Shown: positions 14,141-28,219 of the stretch, in pieces
Position numbering within the stretch: the stretch's first letter is position 1
Layout: every line of letters starts with the position of its first letter
Assembly (NCBI RefSeq): GCF_036971445.1
Contig: NC_091476.1
Span: 27,714,001 to 27,778,000, forward strand
DNA from: Narcine bancroftii
Lineage: Eukaryota
DNA length: 64,000 bases
Direction: 5' to 3'
Position numbers and translations under genes: made by a program
Notes under the pieces: model-generated
Database searches by the model: none
The model's input: the letters and a program-made list of their open reading frames with translations, nothing else
What the model was told of the DNA's origin: nothing

Positions 14141-14811
14141 ATCAAACAATTAACAAAGGTATTTATAGTTCTGAATTGTCACGCATCTGTATGCCCCCAT
14201 AAGGCGATAAATTAAACTAGAGTTCCATTTGTCAATGCAAGAAATTATTCCTGCATAAATAAAGTTAAGAGGATTGCAGAATAGGAAATGGGACCCATCC
14301 TTCAAGAATGTCCCTGAGGTAATTTGCTGATTTACTCTTGTATGCCATTCACTTCTTATCCATATTTTGGCTTCTAAACTATCCCTATCCTCGTTCATTA
14401 TTTATCCTGGGACACCATTCCTTAAATTCTACTAACCCTTGGATGGATTTAGTTGCCAAAAGAATTAGGAGAGTTTAAAAATCAACAAATGACAAAGGAA
14501 GGGAAATGGAATGACTGCATTGTCAAGAAATACAAGACTTTAAGAGCTTGTACAAGTAAAAAAGGTAGAGAATGACTTGCATATTTGAGGCTGATCATGA
14601 AGAAATCATCTTTTGAATGCACATTAACTGAATGGTAAAAATTTATTTTTAACTATTTGCAATTTAGCAACAAATTTTTTAAAAGCTAATTTTCAAATTA
14701 TCCTGGATAATTCTTCAGTCACAACTTGATGGTTTAATTAAGACCAGTTTTGGGGTTAAGTTTGTCACTTTGGAACTCGAAAGTATAATTTATGTGTCTA
14801 TGTCTCTAAAA

Positions 14812-14941
14812 CAGTGGTTTTCAAACTTTTATTTCCACTCACATACCACCTTAAGCAATCCCTTACTAATCACAGAGCACCTAAGGCATAGGAATACTTA
14901 AAGTGGTATGTGAGTGGAAAGAAAAAGGTTGAGAACCACTG
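14812..14941. mobile_element. hAT-Charlie-like MITE (single unit)
   Basis: TIRs CAGTGGTTTTCAA ... TTGAGAACCACTG; preceded by CTCTAAAA, a Charlie-type target. Confidence 0.75.
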
Positions 14942-16593
14942 CAAAGTGTTCATCCCACGAGATGGCTAGTGATCTTCAAATTTCCAATAAATTTTGTGTT
15001 ATCATCCATATTAATTTTATCTTCTAGCTTCTGATTTTTCCAGTCAAGATCATTCTTCACTACTGTCCTTACATCATTGGTTACATGGTTTTATTATTTC
15101 TTCTGCCCAACTCCCCAGCATTTTAAACAAGTCAAATATCCTGGATTTAATTCCCAGCCTACATCATTGTGTAATGATATCCACCATTCCTATTAAATCA
15201 GATCATATCTTTCCCATGAATTAATTAATATGCTAACTCGCTGACTTAACTGTTCATCATTACCTGATTGTCTTAAATTTTACTCATTTTAAAGTTTCAC
15301 CTGATCACTCCTCTACAGTGTACACAAAAGTGCTGGGAATCTCAGCAGGTCATGCAGCATCCATTGAAAGCAAAAAGCAGTCAACATTTTGAGCCTGAGC
15401 CATTCTTCAGGAGTGCCAAAATTCAGGCAGATGCCTAAATAAAAAGGTATGGGGGGGGGGAAGGAATGTGGGTAGAAGGGTAAAAAAGAAAGCTGAAAAG
15501 TGATGGGGGAATTAAAGGCAGGAAGTAGGTAAAAACGACCACTCCAGTGGGATTGAGTAGAAATTTGTGAATCAGATGGCAGGAAATGGTCCTTTAAGAA
15601 AGCTAAAAGAAAAGGGGGAATTGGAAGCCATGTCTCATTGGTTAGATCACCTCGCAGGTCTCAAAAATTAAGAGAATTGTCTGTTGAAGCTACAAGGTGG
15701 TGAAAGTATGTTTCAGATTACTAATCTTTCACAAAGTTAATGGACGTGTCTAGAAAGAACTCGAGTAACAATCCACAGATCGGTTTTATTACACTATGGC
15801 AGCTATTAATTTAAATTCAGTTATTATTCTTACATCTAAAAAAAATCCCTACAGTTTAATTAACTTTTCTTTCCACTAACTCAGATGTGGCCTCACAAGA
15901 CAATCTGTACAGGGGAACATAGAGATAGATGATAAATGCTGATTTTATCAGCAATGCTCACATCCCGAAAATTGAATGTAAAAAAAAAACTGATGTAAAG
16001 TGATTGCCCTGAAACGCTACTCTCACCTGAAGCATTGGTTTTTTTAAATCTCTCCACAAATATTGTTTGACCTTCAAATAATCAATTTCTAGCAAAATAT
16101 TTTGAGACATCCTTAAAATCTGAATGGTGCTGAATAAAAATACCTTGTATCTTAATTTTTTTTTAAAGAAAGAAAAAGAAATTGGGAATTCCCTTTCACA
16201 AAGGGAACTAGAAATTGTAATTAGAGTATGGAAATTCTTTCCAAGATCATTATGAATCTACAGTGTTATTTAATTCAGTAAATATTTCCTTTAAGAGAGA
16301 TTCATCCTTGCAATTTTATTGCTCATCGACTATCATTGTATGAGGAGGACTGGTCACTAAAGTATTTTTTTGACAATTTTAATGTCACCAGTTAGTATCC
16401 CTCTCTTCAAACAACTCAGCTTTTTAGCCAGTGCAATCAATAAAAATGAGGGCAACCAATTTACACTTGTGGTTACCAAGATAAACCTTAGCTCTGACAT
16501 GTTTGGTGTATACAAGTTCCAATTTCCAGCATTCACAGAAACAAGTTGTTTGCCATAGATAGCCTGGGTCTAATTACACAATGCAAGGCATAT

Positions 16594-16599
16594 TTTATT
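16594..16599 (-). other. Candidate polyadenylation signal of the PLA2G12A-like gene
   Basis: AATAAA on the minus strand ~510 nt after the stop; further candidates lie downstream. Confidence 0.35.
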
Positions 16600-17112
16600 C
16601 TGATTAAATTAATCATAATTTAAGTACCCATTTAAAATTAAAACAAATATATTTACAATTTCTACAACAAATCCCAGAATTATTTTCAGTTGATCATTTG
16701 GCTTGTCACACAATACCTTGCCAGTAGGTGGTGTATGAAACTGATTTCGCAATTCAGTTTTCGATTTTTTTTCTTCATTACGACTTGTGGGAAGAAATGG
16801 CAAAATTAAAAGTAGTTTATACATTTTAATGGCTCTTCAGTACATGAACAGGAACCTGTCATATGCAGGACAGTATGTCTAAAATGTATCTCTGGTATAG
16901 TTATTTGTAATAATTCAATTTTCAAATTATGTAAGCATTTCACAAGAAAAACAATGAATATTTTCTTTTGAGATAGCCACATAATATTATTTGTTAGTAG
17001 AAATCTGAAATAATTAAAGTTCTCCTGGAAAAAAAAGCATTTTAAGGTCAATTGAACACAACTGGTTCTTATTTAAATATTTGATTTTTCACTATCTTCA
17101 CATCAGAGCCTT

Positions 17113-17231
17113 TCAAAGGTCGATTTTTTCTTCATAAGCGCACATGCAAGAGGCCCTCTGACTATCCAGGTAGGGCTTGCATCCCAAATGCATAACTGTG
17201 TTGAAAAGCAATTCTACAGCATTCTCACAAG
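17113..17231 (-). CDS. PLA2G12A: Group XIIA secreted PLA2, coding exon 4 (last)
   Basis: Acceptor TATATAG|; ACENAVELLFNTVMHLGCKPYLDSQRASCMCAYEEKIDL*, matching the PLA2G12A C-terminus; phase fits exon 3. Confidence 0.92.
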
Positions 17232-17454
17232 CTATATAGAGAGAGAAAAATAAAATTAGATTTGTTCCTTAGATAAAGCAAATTATTAAATGAGAACACC
17301 AATACATTTTGTATTTTTTACTTTCAAATTATGGATAGAAATTTAAATAATTACATCCAGTAACTTCACAACATTCATGTCAATAGTATGAGGTTTTCTT
17401 ACAAAAGACAACTGCTACATTGGAAGCATATCTGCATTATTTTCCAACTCATCA

Positions 17455-18520
17455 CAAGATCACCAAGACAAAGGAACAGAAGAAGGCCACTAGGCCCATC
17501 AAGTCTGTTCCGTAAATCTACACTAAGCTACTAGTTCCAATTTTCGGCCTTTTCCCCATATCCCTTGATGCCCTCACTAATGAGATATTTCTTGTTTAAA
17601 TACTCCCAGTGATCTGGCTTCCACTGCTGCATACGGCAGTGAGTTCCACAGATCCACAACCATCTGGCTAAAGAAGTTCTTCCTAATCTCTGTTTTAAAT
17701 GGATAACTTCTAATTTTCAGACTATAATCCCTTGTCCTCAATTCACCCACCAAGGGAAACATCTTATCTGCATCCACCCTATCTAAACCTTTCAAAATCA
17801 AAATGCCTCTAATGAGATCTCCTCTCATTCTCTTATACTCCAATGAATACAACCCAAGAGCTGCCATACGCTCCTCGTACATTAGCCCTTGCATTCTGGG
17901 AATCATCCTAGTAAATCTCCTCTGCACCCTCTCCAACAACATCACATCCTTTCTAAGATAAGGGGCCCAAAACTGCACACAGAGCTCCAAATGAGGTCTC
18001 ACCAGTGCCCCACAGAGCCTCATCAACACCTCTTTACTCTTATACACTATTCCTCTTGAAATGAAGGCCAACATAGCATTCGCTTTCTTCACTACCAATT
18101 TCACCTGGTCATTAATTTTTAGGTTTCCCTGCACGAAGTGCCTTTGCACATCTGAGGTTTGAATTTTCACCCCATCCAAATAGTATTCTGTCTATTTATT
18201 TCCACTGCCAAAATGTACAACTGTACACTTCTCTTTGTTAAATCTCATCTGCCATTATTTTGCCCAATCTCCCAATCTGTCTATATTCTTCTGCAATTTA
18301 ATGGTTTCAACTACACTTACTACTCCGCCACCTATCTTGGTGTCATCCGCAAATTTGGCCACAAAAACATTCGTACTACAATCCAAATCATTAATATAAA
18401 TTGTAAACAGTAGTGGCCCCAATAACAACCCCTGCGGAACATCACTAGTTACAGGCAGCCATCCAGAATGGGAACCTTTAATTTCAACCCATTGCTTCCT
18501 GCCTATCAGCCACTTTTCTA
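17455..18520 (-). mobile_element. CR1 LINE 3' ~1 kb
   Basis: 200-aa ORF KKANAMLAFISRG..RPHLELCVQFWAPYLRKD; upstream KFADDTK and VPQG motifs. Confidence 0.9.
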
Positions 18521-18829
18521 TCTAGTATCAGACCAGCTTCGATTTGATCTTTTTTTGTATAATCTCCTTAACTCTTGATTTCCTCTGGTTTAAAAAAAGT
18601 ACTTGAAAAAATGTACTACACAAACTCGGATAGAAAGACTGGCCCAGGCTCCTACACGTCTATTTCAAGCATTAAAAGAAGTAAAAACACATGCTGGAGA
18701 AACTCAGCTGGTCAAACATTGAACTTAATGTTGCAAAGAAAAAGATACATAATCAATGGTCCACAGAGTCTGCAGACTTTCAGGTTTTACTTTTATTAAA
18801 ATAAGTAGTTACATTTAAAAGAAGTGGTT

Positions 18830-20030
18830 GTAGAGATATTGGATGGTGATTTGTAACATACCAAAATACAAGTCCTCATCTGTTGGGGGCCAAAAAACCC
18901 ACAAACTATGAGGCATTAATCAAGGGAAACAGAAAGCAGGAAACTATAAGTCAGTTAACCTTAAGTTGACATTAAGAAAATGCTGGTCTATTATTCAGGA
19001 GATAATAGCAAGACATTTAGAAAATCACCACATTCAAGCAGAGTCAACATTATTTTTAGAAAGAGAAATAGTGGTTAACAAATTTTCTAGAATTCTTTGA
19101 GGATGTAACCATCGGGCAGACAAGGGACAATCTGAATTTAGCAGACTTGGATTTCCAGAGAGCATTAAAAAAGTGCCACGTAAACATTACTGCACAAGTT
19201 ATGAATGCACTGGGTTAAGGCTCAAACACTCAATGGCTAACTAAAAATAAACAGCAGATATAAAAGGGTCATTTTAGGACTGGCAATTAGTAATAGTAAC
19301 GAGCAGTGTGTTTCAGCGATCAATCTGCAACTATTTACCATCTATAATAATGACTTGCATGAAGGGATTGAGTGCATTGTAGCTATACTTACTAATTGTA
19401 AGACTAGTTGGTAAGCAAGTTGTGAAGACACAAACAGCCTGCAAAGGGATATTGATAAGTTACGCGAGTGGACAAAAAGATGGAATATGTGGAAAATTCA
19501 TACATTTGTACATTTTGGAAATAAGCTTGTGTGGTATTAAAAGTATCTGGGATGTCCAAGTATATGCCACATAAACTAAGTGGGCAGGTTTAGCAAGGCA
19601 ATTAGGAAAGCTAATGGATTGTTGTTCTTTATTGTAAGGGATATGTAATATAAAAGTTGGAATGTTTTAATGCAATTTCACATTGAGCTAGTGCAACCAC
19701 ATATAGTTTTGAAGTCTTTATTTAAAGAGGATTTGCTTGCATTGGAGAAGGTTCACACGACTGATGCATGAAGGCTGAGTTTATATTCATTGGAGTTCAG
19801 AAATAAAACAAGATGTGATCTTAATAAAACACAAGATTCTAAAGAGGATTGACCAAATGCGTGCTGAGAGGATGTTTCCTCTTTTGTGATCACTGGAATG
19901 AGGGACCCGTAATTTCAGAATAAAAGGTTGCCCACTTCAGACTATTATAAGCAGAATCTTTGGAATTCTCTACCACAAATAGCTGTGATGGCAGAGTCAA
20001 GGGGTAGAGGGATGTTAAGACAAATACTGG
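18830..20030 (+). mobile_element. Old degenerate CR1 LINE
   Basis: Residual NY.PV.LT, NFLEFFEDVT, LDFQ.A and LYSLEFR motifs with many indels. Confidence 0.7.
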
Positions 20031-21051
20031 ATGAGTTATAATCTTATCATTTTCCAAGTGCATCCTTCATTAAATAAAGGAATTCAAAACTAAATGCAAT
20101 ACTCCAGTAATCTCTCTAAAGCTGTGGTACCATCTTCCTTTTTTTTAAAAAAATTCCATCAATCTTAATGAGTAATGAGGGTTTAATGTCATAAACACAA
20201 GTTTGCATTCAAATTCTTACTTGCTGCAGCCAACAGGTACATACAATACACCAACTAAAATAGTATTCATTAAATTGCCACAATATGACAAACAGAGAGA
20301 CAGTAAATTCAAAAAGAATAGATTGATAAATATTCACAGTTGCAGTCATTGCAAAAAAGTAATGCTTCAATCACACAGATCTTTTGGTGGTCCTGGACTA
20401 GTTTATGGTTATATAGTATGGGGGGGGGGGGGGGGGTCAAGAGCCTGATAGCTGTTCTTCAACCTGGAGGTGCTGGACTTCAGGCTTCTGTCTGAAAGTC
20501 ACAAAAAGAGGTTGTGACCAGAGTTATGGGGGTCCTTTATAATATTGACTGCCTTCTTAAGACAGTGCCTTACTGTGTCATTAAAGAATAGGTCAGTACA
20601 CCTGAAGAGATTCAATAAGAGTATTTGACAACGTTCCCAGACTTCTTAGAAAATAGAGGTGCCTGTGTGTCTCTATTAATGTCAGAATGTGGAGAAAAGA
20701 CTAATTGGACAGTTAGTATGAATGTTTGTTCAAGGCTTAAGAATTCACATTTCTAACACAATGACTGAATAGATCTTTTGTAGTTTGGTAACAAATTGGC
20801 AAGACTTTAATGCAAGTCTCATGGTGAAAATATTCTACCTTTTGACCTTATGCAACAAATGTTCTGGATCTTGGATGTCAGCTGTTGTGTTGGTAGACAT
20901 AGCATGAATGTGGAACGAGTTCCAACTTAAATCAGGTTGTTCATTGAGATGATAGAATAATCATCTGCTTGATTGTCTGTTTGTCTGTTCTCCATGCAAA
21001 TCAATATGGAACACTCTAGAAATGTCCAAGGAAGTTCAGTAGGGAACTGAA

Positions 21052-21560
21052 TGTTATGACCACATTGAATTTACCTTTAAGGTCATATGAAGTTCAAGTT
21101 TTTAAAAAAAAATTTAAAAAATAGATTAAAAAAAAAAAAAATCGAACTTGCACCAGGGCTACCTCGATTAGTTAAGTCCTGTGCATCAACGTACATTCAG
21201 AATAAAAACAAGTGACCAAACCCAGTTCAATACGAGCCCAAAAAAGTGAAGCAACATTGGCAGAAGCTCTTCACAAGCCTGTAGAGTTAGACAAAGGAGA
21301 AAGCAAGAGACAGCAGAGGAACATCAGTCTCGCCCCTCACTGTTGATGCTTCCAGACATGCAAGGAGCAGGCAGCAGGAAACAGAACACGAGAACGGACT
21401 TGAATTACTGTTTACTATAATTGTGGTAACATTTGGTGCTGAGTGTCATGACCACATTGAATTTAACCTTTAAGGTCGCATGAAGTTAAAAAGTTCAAAA
21501 CAAAATTGAACTTGTACCAGGGACACCTCAATTAGTTACAGTGCTGTGCATCAATGTATA
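21052..21560 (+). mobile_element. LTR-like sequence followed by a PBS-like stub and a partial second copy
   Basis: TGTTA...TAACA ends (21052-21431), then TTTGGTGCTGAG, then a diverged repeat of the first ~115-140 bp (21444-21560). Confidence 0.5.
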
Positions 21561-21693
21561 CAACTGAGTGTTTTATTTCCCAGGCAATAAAACTGTAGCA
21601 ATTGCTCTAATGTACAGCACTTTGTGATTATAAATTCTCATGGGCAATACCAATACTTCAATTACAATTGAATGCAATTTTACCAACACTTAC

Positions 21694-21859
21694 CCTGTAC
21701 AGTTGCATCCAATCCCAATGTTTTCTGTACATTTCTGCAAATTACGGAAAGGCAGTACTGAAACATTTCATCACAGTCCTGTTTAGTATTCCCACAAGTA
21801 TCGTAACAGCGATCATGTTGATTGCAGCACTTTGTCATGGAAGGAATGCCCACATCTAA
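21694..21859 (-). CDS. PLA2G12A: Group XIIA secreted PLA2, coding exon 3 (catalytic)
   Basis: 166 nt, AG/GT bounded; LDVGIPSMTKCCNQHDRCYDTCGNTKQDCDEMFQYCLSVICRNVQKTLG; His-Asp dyad present (group XIIB has Leu for His). Confidence 0.95.
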
Positions 21860-22189
21860 CTATTCACAAAAATAATAATAAATATTACAAATGCACAATC
21901 TTTAACATGGGTTTTAATCTCACAAAACCTGGATTCAGCAACTGGGACAACATTAAAATTATGCAAGTGTTGGTGCTGACAATTAGTTGCTTTTGTAACC
22001 TATTCTTTCAAATTACCTAATGGCTACTGGCACAAGTTACCTTGGGTATTCAACATTGTTTTGATTCATTCATTATCTGTTGTGTTTAAAGGCATTCCCA
22101 CCTACTTCAGCCTGGGACCATTCCTTGACCTTCAAGAAGTTTGTACAGTTATGCTTTTTTGAAGGACTATCAAGACAAGTACAATGAAC

Positions 22190-22760
22190 AATAGAACCTC
22201 TGGGGAGCAGCAAGGTTATGATACAACTTCATAAAACAATGGTTAGACCACAGCTGAAGAAAAGCATGCAGTTCTGGTCACCACGCTATAGGAAGGATAT
22301 GAATGCACTAGAGAGAGATCAGAGAGATTCATCAAAATTTTGTTTGGGGTAAAACATTTCAGTTATGGTTCTGATTGGTTTTCCTTAGAGCACAGGAATC
22401 TGATGGGAGACCAGATTAAATAATGTGTGGCATAGATAGCAAGCATTTTTTTTCACCACAGTAAAGGTGTCTAAAACAACACGTGCATTTCTGGGAAGAG
22501 ATTAGAAAGAATTCAAGAAATAATTTATTTTTCACCCAGGTGGTAGTTGAAACCAGAAATGGTCTTGGGGTGAGGGCACATGCAGAGTAGTGGAAGAGGG
22601 ATTAGACTCTCAGAAGATTTGCATACCTAGACAAGCAATCAATTCACCAGATATAGAATGCTGTCGGCCACTTCCTGGAAAATGGTATTAGCAAAGATGG
22701 GTATTTGACAGTCAGCATGGATGTGGTCAGCCAAAGGACCTGTTCAACTCTATGACTCCA
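22190..22760 (+). mobile_element. Degenerate CR1 3' fragment
   Basis: KTMVRPQL..QFWSPRYRKDMNALE motif and CR1 3' tail. Confidence 0.7.
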
Positions 22761-24774
22761 AGTGGAGCTAAAACAAAGAAATTGGACTAAATGCCAAAAC
22801 TAAAGCATTTTCAATGGATAGTTAAAAAATAAGAAATATTTCTGTATAACAGTAAGTGACATACCAATTTATTTCAACATTAAAATCAGGGCTGGATGGT
22901 ACAATCAGTAAAAGGACAGATGGATCAGCCTGTGTATATTGGATCTCTGGAGTAGTAGGCAACAGACAGTAATAATCATTTGCCATCCAAACTGAACTGG
23001 AAATGTGATGAAACAACACCAATAATAGAAGACATCCAAAGATTTGTCATCCTTGTATCATGTGCCTGTTAGTAATTAATGAGATTACTAGAAGAAGGAT
23101 GGGACCACTGATCATGATTATAAGAACCCAATCTGTACGTTAGAAAATAAAAGTTGAATGAACCACAAGAAGGTGTGAAGATAAATAATCAACAAAGCAC
23201 TTGGCAATTTCTTGCTTCGCTTCCTCATTGGAGCTGTTTGAGGGAATATAATTTAATGGACATCAGCATGTCCCTCATGGCAATTCTTTATGCGCGAGCC
23301 CAGCGATAGTTATTCAATCATGGGGGTAAGTGGGGGGGGGGGGGGGGTGGTGACAAATTAGGTGCCCAACCTCAAAACATATTATCTCCCTTTTCAATTG
23401 AGATACTATACAGCAATCAGGAAAGAAAGGCTCAACTGATCTTCTTACTCCAGAGGTGTAAATTGGGTGGCACAGACTCGTGGGCCGAAATGGTCTATAA
23501 CCGTGCTGTATGTCTAAAGTTTTTTTTTTAATTAAAAGCTACAGACTCAAACGTAATAGCTTACAAACAATTCTGGGGTTTTCTATATTAAGAGTTCAAA
23601 ACAGTACATCTTAAACAGGAGGCCATTAAGAGAATGTGTAACAATAATTTAGTTAAAGATATACTGTACATTCTTTATTGATACTATGTTCTTTTCTAGA
23701 GCGATCTATTAATTTTCTTCCCGTGTCAGGGATTGGGAATATTCGGCAAGTAGGCACTCTCTTTGGTCATCAGCCAAAAGAAATTTTACTCACCTAACCT
23801 TCTACTCCAATGTCCCATTGTTTACTGTGGGGAAAGAGATGGCCTAGATAATTTGACCAAATCCATAAATTTCTTTTGTAACAATAACTTTTATTTATAA
23901 AGCATCTATTACAATTTTTTTTTTTTAAAAGGCACTTCAAGGGAGAGAATGGAGTTAACTGGAATGGAAACATTTGGAAAGTTATTAAAAGTACAGAAAG
24001 ATACATTTGAGGGGGTTTCTGGAAGATCAGGAAAATGGCAAGCAAAATAGATATGGGAGTAGACCAATGAGTTCCAAGATAACTAGAAAGTAATACCACC
24101 AAGTGTGGTAACAATAGCCACGCTGTAATGTGCTGTCTTGGGCCATATATGTTGGAAAACCCCAGGTTTGTTTATCAGCTGGAACTGACTGACAGCAGTG
24201 CATGAAATAGGACTGGAGAATTTATGGATAATTAGTTGATAATGATGTTATTGTCTTTTACATTGTACAATGTAGATATGCAGCCAAACAAATACTTCAT
24301 TAAAAAATTACAATAATAACTTAAAAAGATATAATAAATACAAATGATATAAAACAGTCCTTGAATGTTAAAAATGTCACCCCAAAAACCAGGGGTCATT
24401 TTATACCCCAAGGATAAAATATAAAACTTAACAGTGAAGTCTCAGAGCTCCCCCATACCAAGTTTAAAAGCTGAAGCTTAACAGCAAAGACAGCACTCCT
24501 CTGTAGGGTCCATCCACCCAGGCTGATTACCATTAGCTTTATACAGGCTTTAAACAACCTGTTAAAGGAGCCAACAGTGGTTTGTTTTAAAATATGGCAA
24601 TAAAATTTCAATCTTTACTGGGTAATTTGTTTTTAAAATATTGTGAATTAGTATATTAAATGCACCTGGCAGCATCACGCCACTGGTCAGCGGCAAGTGC
24701 CAAACTTGAGGTAGTCTTTTACATGAGGCATTTTATACACTGGCATATACAGTAGATAAATATTTGTGAAATAA

Positions 24775-25650
24775 TAAAGTTTGCAGATGGTATGATTGTA
24801 GTTAAAACGCAAAAGTGCTGGAGAAACTCAGCAGGTTCTGCAGTGTCCATAGGAGGCAAAGATATATTACCAATGTTCCTGGCTTGAGTTCTTCCTCAAT
24901 GTATGAGCTAAAAGCAGGCAGGTGCCTGAATAAAAAGATGGGGGAGGAGGAGGGAAGAAGGGGCAGAGGAAAGAAGGGAGACAGAGCAACAGCCAAGAGG
25001 ACAAAGATGTACATGGATGGGAGGGCAGGAGCATTGATGAGCTGAGAATTGATCAGGGGAGGAGATACCTTTGTGAATGCAGAGCTAGGGGAAAGAAGAC
25101 AGAGGGAAAGAGAGAGGAAGGGTGGTGGTGGTGGGGTAATGGAAAGCAGAGAAATCAATGTTAATGCTATCTGATTGGAGGGTGACCAAATGGAATACAA
25201 GGTGTTGTTCCTCTAATTTGCAGTGGTATCAGTCTGGTAGTCCATGAGATCCTGGACAGATAGGTCAGCATGGGAATTGGGTGGTAAATTGAAATGGGTG
25301 GCCACTGGGAGGTCATGATTATTTCAGCGGACAGAGTGATTGTATTCAATGAAGCAATGTCCCATACTGCATCCAGTCTGTGATGTAGAGGAGGCCACAA
25401 TGGAAACATCAAATGGAGTAGATGACCCCCCCCCCCCCCATAGATTCACAAGTATCACTTCACTTGGAAAGGTTGTTTGGGGCCCTGAATGGTGAGAGAG
25501 GAGGTGTGGGTGCAGATAGCATTACCTGAAGTCATAGGGGGCGATTGGTGGGAAGAGATGAGTGGATGAGTGGAGAGTGTAAAATGTGTCTGGTGGTGAG
25601 ATCACATTGTAGGTGGCGGAAATTGCAGAGGGTAATATGTTGGATGCAGA
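24775..25650 (-). mobile_element. Penelope-like element fragment (GIY-YIG end plus pseudo-LTR)
   Basis: Reverse strand gives ..KLEEQHL.F, typical of the PLE GIY-YIG C-terminus; terminal motif GCTGAGTTTCTCCAGCACTTTT is shared with many copies in the window. Confidence 0.65.
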
Positions 25651-25953
25651 TGCAAAACAGGATTCCCTTTGTCCATACCCACCACTCTACCATCTTCTGC
25701 CTCCAATATATCATCCTCCATAAATTGGAATCTTGACTTTAAGTTAAAAACATTGATCTTTATATTTCAATACAAAAAAAATCCTTAATAAAGCATACCA
25801 TTCATGCTGTTTTGCAAAAAGCCTCTAGGTAATAAACATAATTAAGTCCTCTATCTGTTCCATGTTTATATTGTTTATTTATATAGCAACCATACCATTA
25901 CTTGCAATATTACTGAGCTTAAATGAACTTGACAAGAATACAATATTCCTTAC

Positions 25954-26030
25954 ATGAACTCCAAATATTGGAGAGCCACATCCATTGGGTGGAGGAGGCT
26001 TATAAGTATAACGAGGAACTGGCTTGGACC
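25954..26030 (-). CDS. PLA2G12A: Group XIIA secreted PLA2, coding exon 2
   Basis: 77 nt, TTTTTCAG| ... |GTAAGG; GSKPVPRYTYKPPPPNGCGSPIFGVH (Ca-loop NGCGS). Confidence 0.95.
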
Positions 26031-26949
26031 CTGAAAAAGACATTTAGAATAATCAAATCATTTCCAGGCATCACCTAAAATACTAATGTCACTGGTTTCA
26101 CAAAATTTACAAAGAATAAGGAAGGGAAAAAAAAAATCACCTAAATGCTACCTCAACTGTGATTTGATGATTTGTGCTCTATATCCAAACACGGAGTACA
26201 TGATACAATTTGTGTTATATTGTGAAATGAGAAATAATTTCACAAGGTCCACATGGAGCAAATTATAGAAGAAAGCAACAACCTATGCCACCAAGAGAAA
26301 ATTCACCAAACCTTTCTTAGATCAGCAAAAAGAATAACAGTATTTTTATCAATTCAGAATTGTATGCAGTCATTTAAAAAACAGAAGGAACTACAGTATT
26401 TCAAAATTCTCCAGAATTAGTATCCACACTTTGATTAGTATTTATTAAATACACTGCACAGTGTGATAATATGCTTCATTTATTGAGGTCATTGGTTCAG
26501 AGATGACTAATCTCAGCCAGTTTCAATACATAATGACCAAAGTAATCATAGTCTCAGGAGGAGAGTAGTTAACAATGGATGTTTGCTTTTACTCAGCCTT
26601 CAGAATTCCCTACCAGAAAAGATGCCTTTGGCTTATCAAATGTAAATTATTTCAAGCTTAATTTTGTTACCTTCCAAGGGTAAATAATCCATTGACATTC
26701 ACAATCTAAAGACATGAAACATAACCACTTAAATTACTTTGCAAGCATGTCTATAAATTCAGTAAATTGTTCCAAGTCATCAACTTCAAGAGACAAGAGG
26801 ATAAAAATGTATTTTAGGAAGAATTTAGAGAAATCAGTATTACACATGATTAATATGGCAAATGGGAGAAGACTGGCCAACTCATCTTATTTTTTTTTTA
26901 AAATAAGATTTATTTATTGAACAGCAAAATTATTTTGCGTTTTACTCAC

Positions 26950-27148
26950 CATCACTGCATTTGTACTTGCAGAGCCCATCTTCACCACCTAGTAAATCCA
27001 GTGCTGCATTCAGATAGGTGTCAATTTTATGAATTCCATTCCGAATTGTTTTCAATTTTCCCCGCCAATTTTTGAGCTCTGGGTCTTCTGAAAAGCATCC
27101 ACCACTCCTCAAAATAATCCCCACAAATACATAGATTGGCAAATGCAT
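26950..27148 (-). CDS. PLA2G12A: Group XIIA secreted PLA2, coding exon 1 (signal peptide)
   Basis: MHLPIYVFVGIILRSGGCFS..WRGKLKTIRNGIHKIDTYLNAALDLLGGEDGLCKYKCSD; donor G|GTGAGT. Confidence 0.93.
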
Positions 27149-28219
27149 GCTCAAAATTATTCTACTGAATATTTTTCCACTTTAGCTTTTCAGCTACAAT
27201 GCACAATCCTTCTGCTGTGTTTTCCTTTACAAATCAATATAAATTATTGTTATTGTATTAGAAGAGAAGTCCAAACCAGAAGCATTTGTTGGCACTGCAT
27301 ACCAAAATGAAGAGAATGACAGGATAACTGGTTTCAGATAAACTTGCAACCATTCCTCAAATTTTAGGGCATTGGCTGCATATTTCCATCAGTTTGAAAA
27401 CTGCTTCAGTGCTGTCAAAGTCCACAAGCATCACTGCTGGTCATATAGATGGGAACAATAAGTCAAGTTGGATGGAAAGGTCACAGCTGCCATAATCTTG
27501 TGAACTAGAAAAGGAGAGGAAAATAATCTGACTGCATATGGAACAAAAACATGCAAGATATATTCTCTCAAATTCATAGTTCTATAAATGAATGTCATGT
27601 AGGATTTAGATCGTTATAACTCTAATTAACCTTTAGGGTTTTTTTGTAAACTCAATCATTACTCTTTGGAGTAAAAAGCTCAAATCTATGCTTTCTTGGA
27701 TAAGAAAAATTTTACAGTAATTATACATAATCTCTCAATAAACACAGCAATAATAGATCTAAACTTCCTCACTACAGGAGTTTGGATGAAACAGCATTTT
27801 TTTTCCTCTCTAAACATAAACATCCTCAAAGCCATGAATCAGATTCAATGTCAGTTTCTTTTTCCCTCCCACCTACCATAATATCAAAATGTACAATATT
27901 TTTAAAAATTCAAGAATACAATGACTCATGATTCTACTCCATCGCCGTCTGCCCCATGTTCATAGAGATGTCCTGCATTCACTTTCATGCAATGGCATGA
28001 AACACAAAAGCAAACAGTTAAAAAAAATAAACATTTCTATTTCCATTTGGTCTAATTTACCTTCCCTCTCCGTTCTTTTGCACATCCACAATCTGCATTG
28101 CTACATTTATGCTCTGCCACATCTCACACATTTTTTTTTAATGAATGCTATCCAATTGCATATAAAAAAATGAGAGTCAGCGTTCACTAGGACATCCTCA
28201 AAAATGCCCATCCTTTTTT

